Positions 7,740 through 17,620 of a stretch of 64,000 nt of DNA are shown here, piece by piece. The stretch's first letter is position 1; the number at the start of each line of letters is the position of its first letter. The position numbers and the translations under genes were made by a program. The stretch is taken from contig CAXXVZ010000003.1 in NCBI GenBank assembly GCA_963678065.2, forward strand, positions 2,112,001 through 2,176,000, read 5' to 3'. The stretch is from Treponemataceae bacterium. Lineage in GTDB: Bacteria; Spirochaetota; Spirochaetia; Treponematales; Rectinemataceae. A model generated the notes under the pieces. It was not told the DNA's origin, searched no databases, and worked only from the letters and a program-made list of their open reading frames with translations.

Positions 7740-9308
7740 ATGAATATATTGCCCATCGACGGATCTTCCCTCGATCTGGAAAAAGTCAGCCTTGTGGCCC
7801 GCAAGGGATATGGAACCGAGCTCACGCCCGAAGCGCTGTCGCGGATGGCGCGGTCGAGGAAGATAGTCGACGACTGCGTCGAAGGAAACCTTGTCCGGTA
7901 CGGAATCACGACGGGCTTCGGCAAGTTTTGCGACGTCGTCATTTCCCGGGAGGAAAATGACAGCCTCCAGGAAAACCTCATCATGAGCCACGCCTGCGGC
8001 GTCGGGGAACCCTTCGCGGAAGAAATTGTCCGCGCGATGATGCTCCTCAGGGCGAACGCGCTCGCGGTCGGCCACTCTGGCATCCGCCCCTCGACGGTCC
8101 AGGCTCTCATCGCCATGCTCAACGCCGGAATCCACCCGGTCATCCCCGAAAAGGGCTCGCTCGGCTCCTCAGGAGATCTCGCCCCCCTCGCCCACATGGT
8201 CCTCGTCCTCATCGGGAAAGGGGAAGCCACCCACAAGGGCAGACGGATGGACGGGAAAACTGCTCTCGCCCAGGCGGGCCTCGCTCCGGTCAGGCTCTCC
8301 GCCAAAGAGGGACTCGCCCTCATCAACGGGACACAGGCGATGACGGCTGTCGGCGGTCTCGCCTGCCGCGACGCCCTCGCCCTGGCGCGCATCGCGGATC
8401 TGGCGGCCGCGCTGAGCGTCCAGGCCCTGTCCGGCATCACCGACGCTTTCGACGCGCGCGTCCACGCCTTGAGGCGACAGCCCGGGCAGATCGCCTGTGC
8501 GGCCACGCTCCGAAGCCTCCTCGAGGGCTCAGGCTTCACCACGCGTCAAGGCCAGGAGAGGGTGCAGGACGCCTACGCCCTGCGCTGCACGCCCCAGGTG
8601 CACGGAGCCAGCCGCGACGCGGTCGGATACGCGGCCGCCACGACGGAGCGCGAGTTCAACGCGGTCACGGACAACCCGATCATCTTCGACCCGGATCCGG
8701 AAATGGATGGAGCGACGGGCGGCATTATCTCCGGCGGCAATTTCCACGGCCAGCCCATGGCGCTGGCGATGGACTTCCTCGGCATCGCCTGCGCGGAGTA
8801 CGCGGATATCTCCGAACGCCGCATCGAGCGACTCGTGAACCCTGCCCTCTCCAATGGCCTACCCGCTTTCCTCTCACCAAGAGGCGGCCTCAATTCGGGC
8901 TTCATGATCACACAGTACGCGGCGGCGGCCCTTGTCTCCGAAAACAAAATCCTTGCGCATCCGGCGAGCGTGGACTCCATCCCCTCCAGCGCCAATCAGG
9001 AAGACCATGTATCCATGGGCACCATCGCGGCCCGCAAGGCGCGGAGCATCATCGCCAACGCGACGAGCGTGCTCGCCATCGAACTCCTCGCGGCCTGCCA
9101 GGCCCTGGACCTGCGCGCCCGCGCGAAAGGCCGGGCGGGAAAAACCGCGGAATTCCTTTCCGGGCGGACGCGGCCGGCCTACGAACTCATCCGCTCGGCC
9201 GTTCCCGAACTCGGCGACGACAGAGTCATGTATCCGGACATGGAGGCCGTGCGGAGGCTTGTCACGGACGGAAGTCTCGAGAAAACAGTCGATTTCATTG
9301 CGTTATAA
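7740..9308 (+). CDS. hutH: Histidine ammonia-lyase
   Basis: YGITTGFG, LIMSHACG, GSLGSSGDLAP (MIO site), KEGLALING, VQDAYALRC, SGGNFHG, NQEDHVSMG. Confidence 0.92.
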   Translation: MNILPIDGSSLDLEKVSLVARKGYGTELTPEALSRMARSRKIVDDCVEGNLVRYGITTGFGKFCDVVISREENDSLQENLIMSHACGVGEPFAEEIVRAMMLLRANALAVGHSGIRPSTVQALIAMLNAGIHPVIPEKGSLGSSGDLAPLAHMVLVLIGKGEATHKGRRMDGKTALAQAGLAPVRLSAKEGLALINGTQAMTAVGGLACRDALALARIADLAAALSVQALSGITDAFDARVHALRRQPGQIACAATLRSLLEGSGFTTRQGQERVQDAYALRCTPQVHGASRDAVGYAAATTEREFNAVTDNPIIFDPDPEMDGATGGIISGGNFHGQPMALAMDFLGIACAEYADISERRIERLVNPALSNGLPAFLSPRGGLNSGFMITQYAAAALVSENKILAHPASVDSIPSSANQEDHVSMGTIAARKARSIIANATSVLAIELLAACQALDLRARAKGRAGKTAEFLSGRTRPAYELIRSAVPELGDDRVMYPDMEAVRRLVTDGSLEKTVDFIAL

Positions 9309-9408
9309 ATCATTACAAACCGGAGGCTTCGCTTGCGGATGTTGAATGTCTAGTCATTCGGATGCCTGATCGGTATCATAATATCCAATTTGTCTCCGGA
9401 GGTACCCC

Positions 9409-12400
9409 ATGTCTGTCAAGCGTGACTTCGGTCTCAGACTCAATCGGCTCTCCCCCCAGGAGCGCGGACGCCTGATCGCCTATATCAATATCAAACTCGC
9501 GAGCCTCGGACTTCCCGTCTACAGCAGAGAAGGGACGAGCTTCGTGGAACTGGCGAGCGACATGCTCGCGACCTTCCGTGAGAAGGACAGGCTTCTGTCC
9601 AATTACCTCCCCCCCGCCGACCAGAGAATCCAGGATTTCCTCGACTCCTACCTCGGCGATCTCGGTCTGCAGACTCTTCCGAGGCTGCCCTCCAACACCC
9701 TTGTCCTCGACCGGTATGGCATGGCCCGCGAACTCTCCCTCGCGCCCAACGCCCACAAATTCGTCTCACCGATAATGACTTCGTATCGCCTCAGGAATGG
9801 AATTTTGCACAATCCCGCCAACGACAGACGCACGACGGAAGGCGTCTTCCATGTCGCCGAGGGAGGCCTTCCCATTCCGCTTGACAAGAAGGCCGTTCCC
9901 AAGCTTGCCTTCGCGCGGCTGCTCCAGGCCGCCATGAATCCCCCTCCCGAACTCATGGAGCTGCCCTTCACCGCGGGCGAACCACAGAAGGCCCATGTCT
10001 TCCTTTCTGCCCTGCTCAAACCCATGGTCAGGCCCGACGTGCCCGGCTTCTGCGAGGAGCGATCCATGGAAGTCCGCTTCTTCGCTCCCGGCTCCCTCGC
10101 GGCCAGCCTCGACTTCGTCGAGAGCATCTTCGGCAACTCCGGCGATCCCTACGTTCCGGAGAATGATTGTGCCCTCGACCCCGTCCACTGGACCGGAACG
10201 ACCGGCTGCATCGTTCTCGCCACCCACCTTACGGCCCTCACCAAAAAGGAGCTGGGCCTGCCCCATTACGACCAGGCGACGGAGCGGCAGAAGCGCGATG
10301 GCATGTGCTGGAAGGAACCGGGCGAGCGATACAACAACGGAAAACCCTTCAAGATCTGCGCGCGGGACGAGCGCGGCGTCATCGTCACCCTCATCGCGGA
10401 CAACTATTTCGGCTACTCAAAAAAAGAGATCAAGACCCAGATATCCTATTCGGCCAACATTCTCGGACTCGCGGAGGAAGAGCATTCGGGCGGAGCCCTC
10501 GTGTTCCCCTCCTACAATCACGGCATGCGGTTCCTTCCCGACACCAATCTCAAGAGCAGGGGCCACAACTTCGAAGGCGTCATAGAGCTCCTGAAGGGCC
10601 GCATCGACGTCAAGCCCGAGGGTTATGCGATCGACCTCACCTTCCCCAACATCGTCTACATCCCCGAGGATGCTGTCATCTCGCTCGAAGACCAGCAGAT
10701 CCGCTGGACCTGGGAGGGTCAGCCCCGCAGCCTCAGAGTCCTGCCGCACGAAGTCTATGTGAATCCCACCGGATACCGGATCAGGATGGAACGACACCCT
10801 GGTTCCGGAGCCTGGCGCCTCGTCGGCACGGTCGCCGAAGGCCTTTTATGCCACAAACCCTGCACCGTTTCGGGTGGAGGCAAGTCGGAGATAGCGAAAT
10901 CCATCTCTGACGCCATCAGTTTCTCACCCCTCACGATCGGCGACTACGAGCAGGACCTCAAGGCGGTCCAGGAAATCATCGACAGGGACTACGGCAACCG
11001 GTTCCGCGACCCCGACGAGAACCATGGCCTGGACGCGCGCAAGATCCTCTCGCCCAAACGTTCGCTCGGCTCCGTCATCAAGCTCCTGACGCCTTCGCCC
11101 CTCTACACCGACGAGTACAATGCCTGGCTCAGGACCATCCCCGAGCGCATAAAGTCCCTCGTATTCCTCGTCAAGCGATTCTACAACCCCGAGTGGGCTG
11201 ATGGCTGGATCAAGCGATTCACCGTCGATGCGGTCAACGGCACGACAGGCAACATTCTCAAATACGACGGCCGCCCCGTCCAGGGATCCTACCTCCGCGT
11301 CGGCCGAGATGCGCATGGCATGCGCAGGACGTTCAAGCTCCGGCAGGACTTCATGCCCGCCGAAAAGCGCCAGTGGGAGGACGACATCACAGGCTCGGTC
11401 ATCGCACCCGTCTCCGCCCTCAAGTACCTTCCGGCCTGGGCCGAAAAGATGGACAGCCTCAAATTCTGCAAAAACATCGAGGCCCGCTTCTTCCAGCGGC
11501 CCGATGACGCCGTCATCAGAGGTTACGACAAGCAGGCCGAAAAAGACCTCTCCCGGCAGGACAATTTCATCTCCAATTTCGAACCCCTCACGAGGGCCCG
11601 CGCCTCCGAGATCATCGAGAAGACCATTCAGTTCTCGGAGTACTCGGATCCCATGCGCACCTTCATCGAATCAGCCGAGGCCGATCCCCACTTCGAATAT
11701 TTCGTGGCCTCCGACCATCCCCGCATGGTCGACGGCGCCCCATCAAAGAATCCCCGCTACCTCCAGCTCGACCCGAACTACACCGACACCATCGGCCGCT
11801 ATCTGGCTGACCTTGGGCCCAGGCTCTACCGCAGGATACCGGCCGATATGGCCGTCCTCCATCCCGTCGGTGCCGTTCTTCCGGGAAGGCGCAACAACCC
11901 GATCGACAGGAAGGCGGGCATCCGGCCCCTCGCGGTCTACAGCCCCATCCACTATCAAGACCTTCCTGAGCTTTTCATGGATTTTGTCTGTTCGCTGACG
12001 GGGAAGAGCCCCTCCACCACAGGGGCCGGCAGCGAGGGCGCCCTCACGAAGGGACCATTCAACGCGCTGACACCGACCACGGACCTGAACAACTCGATGC
12101 TCTCCTTCATCCTCTCAGGATATGGCGGATTCACGACTGCGGCCGGCCACATCGGTTCGGGATACAAGATGGAGCACGACATCTCCCTTCTCGTGCCCGA
12201 ACTGTGGTCGCGGTTGACACCCGAAGAGCGGGACCCCGAATTCCTCAAAAGTCACGGCTACCTCGAAGAAGTGAAGGACTTCGAATACGAAGGCCGTCTC
12301 ATTCCGGCGAGCCGCCTCGGATGGCGCATCACTCCCCTGTTCGCCGCGACCTATCTCGGGCGAATCTTCGATACGCCCGCCGCTGTCTTCACCGAAGATA

Positions 12401-12867
12401 TTCTCCGGCCCGAACTCCAGTCCCTGCCCGAATTCGTCGACGGTGTCGAAAATATCGCCACGGCGATGGCGAAGGCAGCCCGAGACTATCTCGATGACGG
12501 CTCCATCGAGGCCGCGATTCCGCCCCTCCAGGCCGTCCTCTACGTCATGGCTACTGGCAGCTACAAGGGCAAGAGCATCCACGACCCTGAAATCCGCAGG
12601 CTCTTCGACCGCGAATACGTGATCTCCTCCGAGTGGTACAAGGAGAGGCTCGTCCGCTATCGCGACCACGAGATCGATTTCGTGAAAAAATCCATGGATT
12701 ACATCCGTCGGTTCCTGGCCGAAAAAGCTCAGACAGGGACGCCTACGGCCAGGAAGGCCCAGACCGAGTTGGTAAAAGCTCAGGAAAGGCTGAACGCGCT
12801 CAGGGAACCGGGTTACCTCGAGATCATCAAGGGAACACTGGGCCTCGACCCGCTCTACAGAGGCTGA
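9409..12867 (+). CDS. Probable pyrophosphate-dependent PEP carboxykinase (PEP carboxytransphosphorylase)
   Basis: 1152 aa; DRRTTEGVFH, DNYFGYSKKE, EEEHSGG, CHKPCTVSGGGKSEI, TGKSPSTTGAGSEGALTKGPFN match my recollection of PPi-type PEPCK; GGAGG SD. Confidence 0.8.
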   Translation: MSVKRDFGLRLNRLSPQERGRLIAYINIKLASLGLPVYSREGTSFVELASDMLATFREKDRLLSNYLPPADQRIQDFLDSYLGDLGLQTLPRLPSNTLVLDRYGMARELSLAPNAHKFVSPIMTSYRLRNGILHNPANDRRTTEGVFHVAEGGLPIPLDKKAVPKLAFARLLQAAMNPPPELMELPFTAGEPQKAHVFLSALLKPMVRPDVPGFCEERSMEVRFFAPGSLAASLDFVESIFGNSGDPYVPENDCALDPVHWTGTTGCIVLATHLTALTKKELGLPHYDQATERQKRDGMCWKEPGERYNNGKPFKICARDERGVIVTLIADNYFGYSKKEIKTQISYSANILGLAEEEHSGGALVFPSYNHGMRFLPDTNLKSRGHNFEGVIELLKGRIDVKPEGYAIDLTFPNIVYIPEDAVISLEDQQIRWTWEGQPRSLRVLPHEVYVNPTGYRIRMERHPGSGAWRLVGTVAEGLLCHKPCTVSGGGKSEIAKSISDAISFSPLTIGDYEQDLKAVQEIIDRDYGNRFRDPDENHGLDARKILSPKRSLGSVIKLLTPSPLYTDEYNAWLRTIPERIKSLVFLVKRFYNPEWADGWIKRFTVDAVNGTTGNILKYDGRPVQGSYLRVGRDAHGMRRTFKLRQDFMPAEKRQWEDDITGSVIAPVSALKYLPAWAEKMDSLKFCKNIEARFFQRPDDAVIRGYDKQAEKDLSRQDNFISNFEPLTRARASEIIEKTIQFSEYSDPMRTFIESAEADPHFEYFVASDHPRMVDGAPSKNPRYLQLDPNYTDTIGRYLADLGPRLYRRIPADMAVLHPVGAVLPGRRNNPIDRKAGIRPLAVYSPIHYQDLPELFMDFVCSLTGKSPSTTGAGSEGALTKGPFNALTPTTDLNNSMLSFILSGYGGFTTAAGHIGSGYKMEHDISLLVPELWSRLTPEERDPEFLKSHGYLEEVKDFEYEGRLIPASRLGWRITPLFAATYLGRIFDTPAAVFTEDILRPELQSLPEFVDGVENIATAMAKAARDYLDDGSIEAAIPPLQAVLYVMATGSYKGKSIHDPEIRRLFDREYVISSEWYKERLVRYRDHEIDFVKKSMDYIRRFLAEKAQTGTPTARKAQTELVKAQERLNALREPGYLEIIKGTLGLDPLYRG

Positions 12868-12882
12868 AAGGCAGGAGAAACC

Positions 12883-14142
12883 ATGAGGGGCAGCGGAGAC
12901 CTCGCGATAATCAACATATCCGAATGCCTCACCCCGAAGGGCTCCACGGCGCGGTGCGGCGCCTCCATGGCCGATATCGAAACCATTCCGGACGCGGTCA
13001 TCCTCATCCGGAATGGCCTCATCGCCTACGCGGGGCCCGCTTCGGGCATTTCCGCGGCTTCTTTCGCCGGAATGCCCATCCTCGACTCAGGCGGGAGACC
13101 GGCCATCCCGGGATTCGTCGACAGCCACACTCATTTCATCTTCGCAGGCTACCGGGCCGAAGAGTTCTACTGGCGTGCGGGCGGCATCCCTTACATGGAA
13201 ATCCACAAGCGCGGAGGTGGTATCAGGCGCAGCGTGGATGCCACCCGCGCGGCGTCCCTCGAGGAACTCGTCGCCCTGGGCAAGAAACGGCTTTCCGCCA
13301 TGACAGCCTCGGGGATCACGACCGTCGAAGGTAAATCGGGCTATGGTCTCGACCTCGGGACGGAGCTGCGGCAGCTCGAGGCGATGCGCGCGCTTGGCGA
13401 TGATCCCTCGGTCGCCGTCGACATCGTGCCGACATTTCTCGGCCCGCATTCGACTCCGCCGGAGTTCGTCGGGAACCCATCCGCCTACATCGACTACGTC
13501 ATCGCGACGGTTCTGCCCGAGGTCAGGGCGCGGAAGGCCGCCGTTTTCTGCGACATCTTCTGTGAAAAAAACGTCTTTGAGCTGGAGGATTCCCGTCGCT
13601 ATCTCGAAGCCGCCCGATCGCTCGGTTTCCGGCTCAAGCTTCACGCCGACGAAATCGAGAGGATCGGGGGAGCGGGACTGGCTGCCGAAATGGCCGCGAC
13701 GAGCGCCGACCACCTCCTCAAGGCTTCGATGGAAGACCTGGGAGCCATGGCGCGAGCCGGAGTCATCGCAACCTGCCTCCCCCTCACCGCCTTCACCCTG
13801 CGAGAGCCCTATGCCGACGCGCGAGGCATGATCGACGCGGGGCTCGCCCTCGCCCTCGCATCCGATCTCAATCCTGGCTCCTGTTTCTCCCAGTCCATTC
13901 CCCTCATCTTCGCCCTCGGGGTCCTGTATATGAAGCTGCTGCCTGAAGAAATACTGACAGCCCTGACCCTCAACGGTGCAGCCGCCCTGGGATTGGCCGG
14001 GAAGACGGGATCGATCGAAGCAGGGAAGCAGGGAGACATCGTCCTTCTCGACGCTCCCTCATGGAAGCATCTCGCGTACAATGTAGGCGCGAATCCTGTC
14101 TCCTGCGTCGTAAAGAACGGGATACCCGTCTGGGGTTCCTGA
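12883..14142 (+). CDS. hutI: Imidazolonepropionase
   Basis: PGFVDSHTH, EGKSGYGL, CDIFCE, KLHADE, SADHL, ASDLNPGS. Confidence 0.92.
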   Translation: MRGSGDLAIINISECLTPKGSTARCGASMADIETIPDAVILIRNGLIAYAGPASGISAASFAGMPILDSGGRPAIPGFVDSHTHFIFAGYRAEEFYWRAGGIPYMEIHKRGGGIRRSVDATRAASLEELVALGKKRLSAMTASGITTVEGKSGYGLDLGTELRQLEAMRALGDDPSVAVDIVPTFLGPHSTPPEFVGNPSAYIDYVIATVLPEVRARKAAVFCDIFCEKNVFELEDSRRYLEAARSLGFRLKLHADEIERIGGAGLAAEMAATSADHLLKASMEDLGAMARAGVIATCLPLTAFTLREPYADARGMIDAGLALALASDLNPGSCFSQSIPLIFALGVLYMKLLPEEILTALTLNGAAALGLAGKTGSIEAGKQGDIVLLDAPSWKHLAYNVGANPVSCVVKNGIPVWGS

Positions 14143-14161
14143 GTACCCCGGCCGGCTTAGC

Positions 14162-15766
14162 TCACATGATGGGGCGGGCGACCCGGAATCCGGAATAGTT
14201 GAGCGCGAGGGAAGGTCCGAAAGCCCCCCGGTAGGTCGGCTTGCATGCTGCCTCGTCGCTCGCGTAGCTGCCACCGCGGAGCACCCGGTGTGTGCCGGAT
14301 TCGGGTCCGCGAGGATCGGTCTGTGCCCCTGTCGGATACGCGCCATACCAGTCCAGACACCATTCCCACGCGTTGCCGGAAAAATCATACAGGCCCAGTT
14401 CATTCGGATTCTTTGTCCCGATGGCGTGGGTCCGGTTGTCGGAATTGCCATAGTACCAGGCGGCAAGCCGCACATCCACGGAACCGGCGTAGGCCGAACC
14501 GCGCGAACCCCTCCCGCCGCGCGCGGCATACTCCCACTGCGCTTCGGTGGGGAGCCGGTAGCCGTTGCGGGTCCAGTCGACGTAGTAGGAATCGGCCAAT
14601 GCCCGGTAAGCCGGCTGGAGCCCCTCTTTCCATGAAAGCCAGTTGCAGTATTCCGCAGTGTCGTTCCAGCTCACCACGGTGACGGGATCCCTCTCCGTCT
14701 GGACAAAGCCAGGATTCATCCAGGTCACATTCTTGTCGCGCTTCCACTCCCTGCCGGTCCAGACATAGCCTCCGCCGGAGAGTTCGGCCTGGGTTCTGTA
14801 TCCTGTCGACTCTACGAAGGCGCGGAACTCCCCGACCGTGACCTCGAACTTCCCTATGAGAAAGGAGGGGAGTGTGACCTGATGTACGGGTTTCTGGTCA
14901 TCTTCACCGCCAAGTGCACCCATCTGGAAGCTCCCTCCCTCGACCGTCACGATCTGCCAGGTATCTCTGGCCGTCTTCAGGGAACTGAGACCATCAGCCA
15001 GCCGCACTCCGGGATCGCGGGTATAGAACATGAAGGAAGTCTTCGCACCTTCATCCCGGGCGAGAAGCCTGCCTGTGGCCTTGTGGACTATTTTTACTGC
15101 TTTGATCTCCACCAAATACGTTCCCGAACCTTTCCGAGTCACAGAATAGTCGGCTTCCCCCGCGAGGGAATTCGTCTTGACGAGGCTGTCGAAGGCTGTA
15201 TATGTGGCGCCGATATCGCTCGCCCCGGCGATGGAGTAGCGGAAGCTGGATTTGAAAAGAAAATTGGGATCCGGCGATTCCACGGTTATCGGCCAGTATT
15301 TCAGATTTCTGTCGAAAGAACCAACAGTCAGCTTGACCTGGGGAGCCCCGATAGTGAAGATTTTGCGTTCCAGCTTCGCTATCGCCTCGACTTCCTCAGC
15401 AGCCAGTCGCTTCATGAAATCATCGTAGTTTTCCCAAGGTTTGGCCTCATCGGGCCAACCGACCCTTCTCAGTCGCGCAATCTCCGCAAGCGCCGATTCG
15501 AGAAGACTGATATCGGTGGAATGGACAGCGGAATACCCGCTGTCCGGGCTGCCCATCGTGGAGGGAAGCACCGGATTTGCCGATGCCGGAGCCGTCACCG
15601 CGGAAGGCTGCATGGTAGTCGTTGTGGTCGATGCGACAGCCGGAATTGTGGACCCTGGCGCTGTAGTAGGGCCTGAGGGTGCACTGTCGGTGGATTGAGC
15701 GTAGAGGACTGCGGAACCTGCCACAAAGCACAGCGCCAATATCCCTGCTTTTATCGTTTTTTTCAT
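14162..15766 (-). CDS. Exported protein with C-terminal FGE-sulfatase (SUMF1) domain
   Basis: Signal peptide, S/T/P-rich linker, EVTVGEF, PVTVVSW, YRLPTEAQWEYAARGG, NELGLYDFSGNAWEW, RVLRGGS, GFRVAR. Confidence 0.85.
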   Translation of the reverse strand: MKKTIKAGILALCFVAGSAVLYAQSTDSAPSGPTTAPGSTIPAVASTTTTTMQPSAVTAPASANPVLPSTMGSPDSGYSAVHSTDISLLESALAEIARLRRVGWPDEAKPWENYDDFMKRLAAEEVEAIAKLERKIFTIGAPQVKLTVGSFDRNLKYWPITVESPDPNFLFKSSFRYSIAGASDIGATYTAFDSLVKTNSLAGEADYSVTRKGSGTYLVEIKAVKIVHKATGRLLARDEGAKTSFMFYTRDPGVRLADGLSSLKTARDTWQIVTVEGGSFQMGALGGEDDQKPVHQVTLPSFLIGKFEVTVGEFRAFVESTGYRTQAELSGGGYVWTGREWKRDKNVTWMNPGFVQTERDPVTVVSWNDTAEYCNWLSWKEGLQPAYRALADSYYVDWTRNGYRLPTEAQWEYAARGGRGSRGSAYAGSVDVRLAAWYYGNSDNRTHAIGTKNPNELGLYDFSGNAWEWCLDWYGAYPTGAQTDPRGPESGTHRVLRGGSYASDEAACKPTYRGAFGPSLALNYSGFRVARPIM

Positions 15767-15870
15767 ATTCCAGGCTCCTTGTCGCGGACTCTGAATATCA
15801 TTTTAACATCCATTCACCGGCTAAACAAGTTTTTGCTCGGGAAAATGATCGCTTGGACCGACCGCTCACA

Positions 15871-16767
15871 TCACGCCGCCATCTTTCCCCTTGCATGCGT
15901 GGCCACGTACACGACGACGGCGGCAATAACGGAAAAGATGGTGATGATGAGGGGCTTTTCCGGCCTCTCTCCGTACACAAGAACACCGAGTGCGAGCTGA
16001 AGGCTTGGCGAAAGATATTGGATGAACCCCATGCGCTGAAGCGATATGGAATTGGCTGCGGTCGCGAAAAGAATCAGCGGTATCGCCGTCATCACGCCCG
16101 CGAAGGCGAGCAGAAAAGAAACGACCGGCCCCGCGGAGAGGAATGCCGCGGTTCCTGCCGACTGGCGGAATATGAGGTACATGATCGCTAAAGGCGAAAC
16201 GATGAGAGTCTCGACCGCCAGACCCGCCATTGGATCGAGTCCGGCCTTTTTCTTTAAAAGCCCGTAGAGGCCAAAACTCAACGCGAGTATGAGGGAAACC
16301 CAGGGAACCGACCCGTAAACCAGGGCTGCACCGAGAATCCCGAGCGCCGCGATCGAAACGGAAATCCCTGTCCATAGATCCATCTTTTCGCCGGCAAAAG
16401 CCGCCCCGAGAGCCACGGACACGAGCGGATTGATGTAGTATCCGAGCGCGCTCTCCGTAACCCTGCCCGAATTGACAGCCAGGATGTATACCCCCCAGTT
16501 AACCGTGATGAGGAGGGCGGCGGGCACAATGAGGCTCATCTGCCTTCGGTTCGCGAATATCGACCTGACTTTTTCTAGCTTTCCCGAGAAACCGAGCACA
16601 AATAGACAGAAGACTGCGGCCCACACGAAGCGGTGCCCCAGAATCTGGAGGGAATCGACCATTTTCAGCTGTTTCCAGTACAATGGAAACAATCCCCAGA
16701 TCCCGTATGCGAGGAAGGCCGCCAGCGTTCCCCTGGCCGTCCTGTCAACCTTTGTGTCGCCACTCAT
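15871..16767 (-). CDS. rarD: EamA family transporter RarD
   Basis: YGIWGLFPLYWK, ESALGYYINPL, SFGLYGLLKK, GFIQYLSPSLQ. Confidence 0.88.
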   Translation of the reverse strand: MSGDTKVDRTARGTLAAFLAYGIWGLFPLYWKQLKMVDSLQILGHRFVWAAVFCLFVLGFSGKLEKVRSIFANRRQMSLIVPAALLITVNWGVYILAVNSGRVTESALGYYINPLVSVALGAAFAGEKMDLWTGISVSIAALGILGAALVYGSVPWVSLILALSFGLYGLLKKKAGLDPMAGLAVETLIVSPLAIMYLIFRQSAGTAAFLSAGPVVSFLLAFAGVMTAIPLILFATAANSISLQRMGFIQYLSPSLQLALGVLVYGERPEKPLIITIFSVIAAVVVYVATHARGKMAA

Positions 16768-16915
16768 GGAATCATACTAACCAGGGTGTAGATATTAGTC
16801 GATAGAGAGGTCGATGAATATTCAGATCGCGCCGGTTTAGCCGGTGGATTGCGCAACTTTATGCATGATCCAGTATGATCGCGCTCCATACAGCCCAATG
16901 GCCCGCGCCCCCTCG

Positions 16916-17620
16916 CTATATCCCCAGATAGGCGGTTTTTACCTCGGGCTTGCTCGCTATTTCCCTGGCATCGCCCGAAAGAACGATATTCCCCGTCTCG
17001 AGGACATAGGCGCGATTCGCTATGGAAAGGGCCATCTGTGCGTTTTGCTCCACGAGGAGAATACTTGTGCCCTGTTTATTGATCTCGACTATTATCTTGA
17101 AGATTTCCTCCACGAGTATAGGCGAGAGTCCCATCGAAGGTTCATCGAGCAAAAGGAGGCTCGGCTGAGACATAAGGGCTCGAGCCATCGCGAGCATTTG
17201 CTGCTCGCCGCCCGAGAGAGTGCCGCCATACTGGCTTTCGCGCTCCTTGAGACGTGGAAAACTCTTATACGCGCGCTGAAGCGTGGCTTGGATCTCGGCC
17301 TGGTCTTTTCGCGTGTAAGCCCCCATCATGATGTTTTCCTTGACGGTGAGCGGAGCAAAGATCCGGCGACCTTCAGGGACATGACTCATGCCCATCTTGA
17401 CGATCTTCTCGGCCGGGACCGTGGTGATCTCCTCGCCGTTAAAGGTTATCGAGCCCTCTCGAGGCCGCAGGATTCCTGAGAGGCTCCTGAGTATGGTCGA
17501 TTTACCGGCGCCATTCGCACCGATGAGGGTGACGATCTCGCCCTTATCGACGTTGAACGACACGCCATGGAGGGCATGGATCGCGCCGTAGAATACGTGA
17601 AGATTCTCAACTCGCAGCAA
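16916..17620 (-). CDS. livF: Branched-chain amino acid ABC transporter ATP-binding protein
   Basis: GANGAGKST, VPEGRRIF, LSGGEQQM, LDEPSMGL, LLVEQN. Confidence 0.92.
   Translation of the reverse strand: MLRVENLHVFYGAIHALHGVSFNVDKGEIVTLIGANGAGKSTILRSLSGILRPREGSITFNGEEITTVPAEKIVKMGMSHVPEGRRIFAPLTVKENIMMGAYTRKDQAEIQATLQRAYKSFPRLKERESQYGGTLSGGEQQMLAMARALMSQPSLLLLDEPSMGLSPILVEEIFKIIVEINKQGTSILLVEQNAQMALSIANRAYVLETGNIVLSGDAREIASKPEVKTAYLGI

Noticed and set aside
6692..9308. Apparent long head-to-head overlap of the DMT (616 aa) and hutH (680 aa) ORFs
   Set aside because: Family homology begins at 7681 and 7740; the extensions are only open frames, leaving a 58-nt divergent intergenic region.
14162..14300. 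Complete diversity-generating retroelement
   Set aside because: No reverse transcriptase, accessory gene or template repeat in the window.
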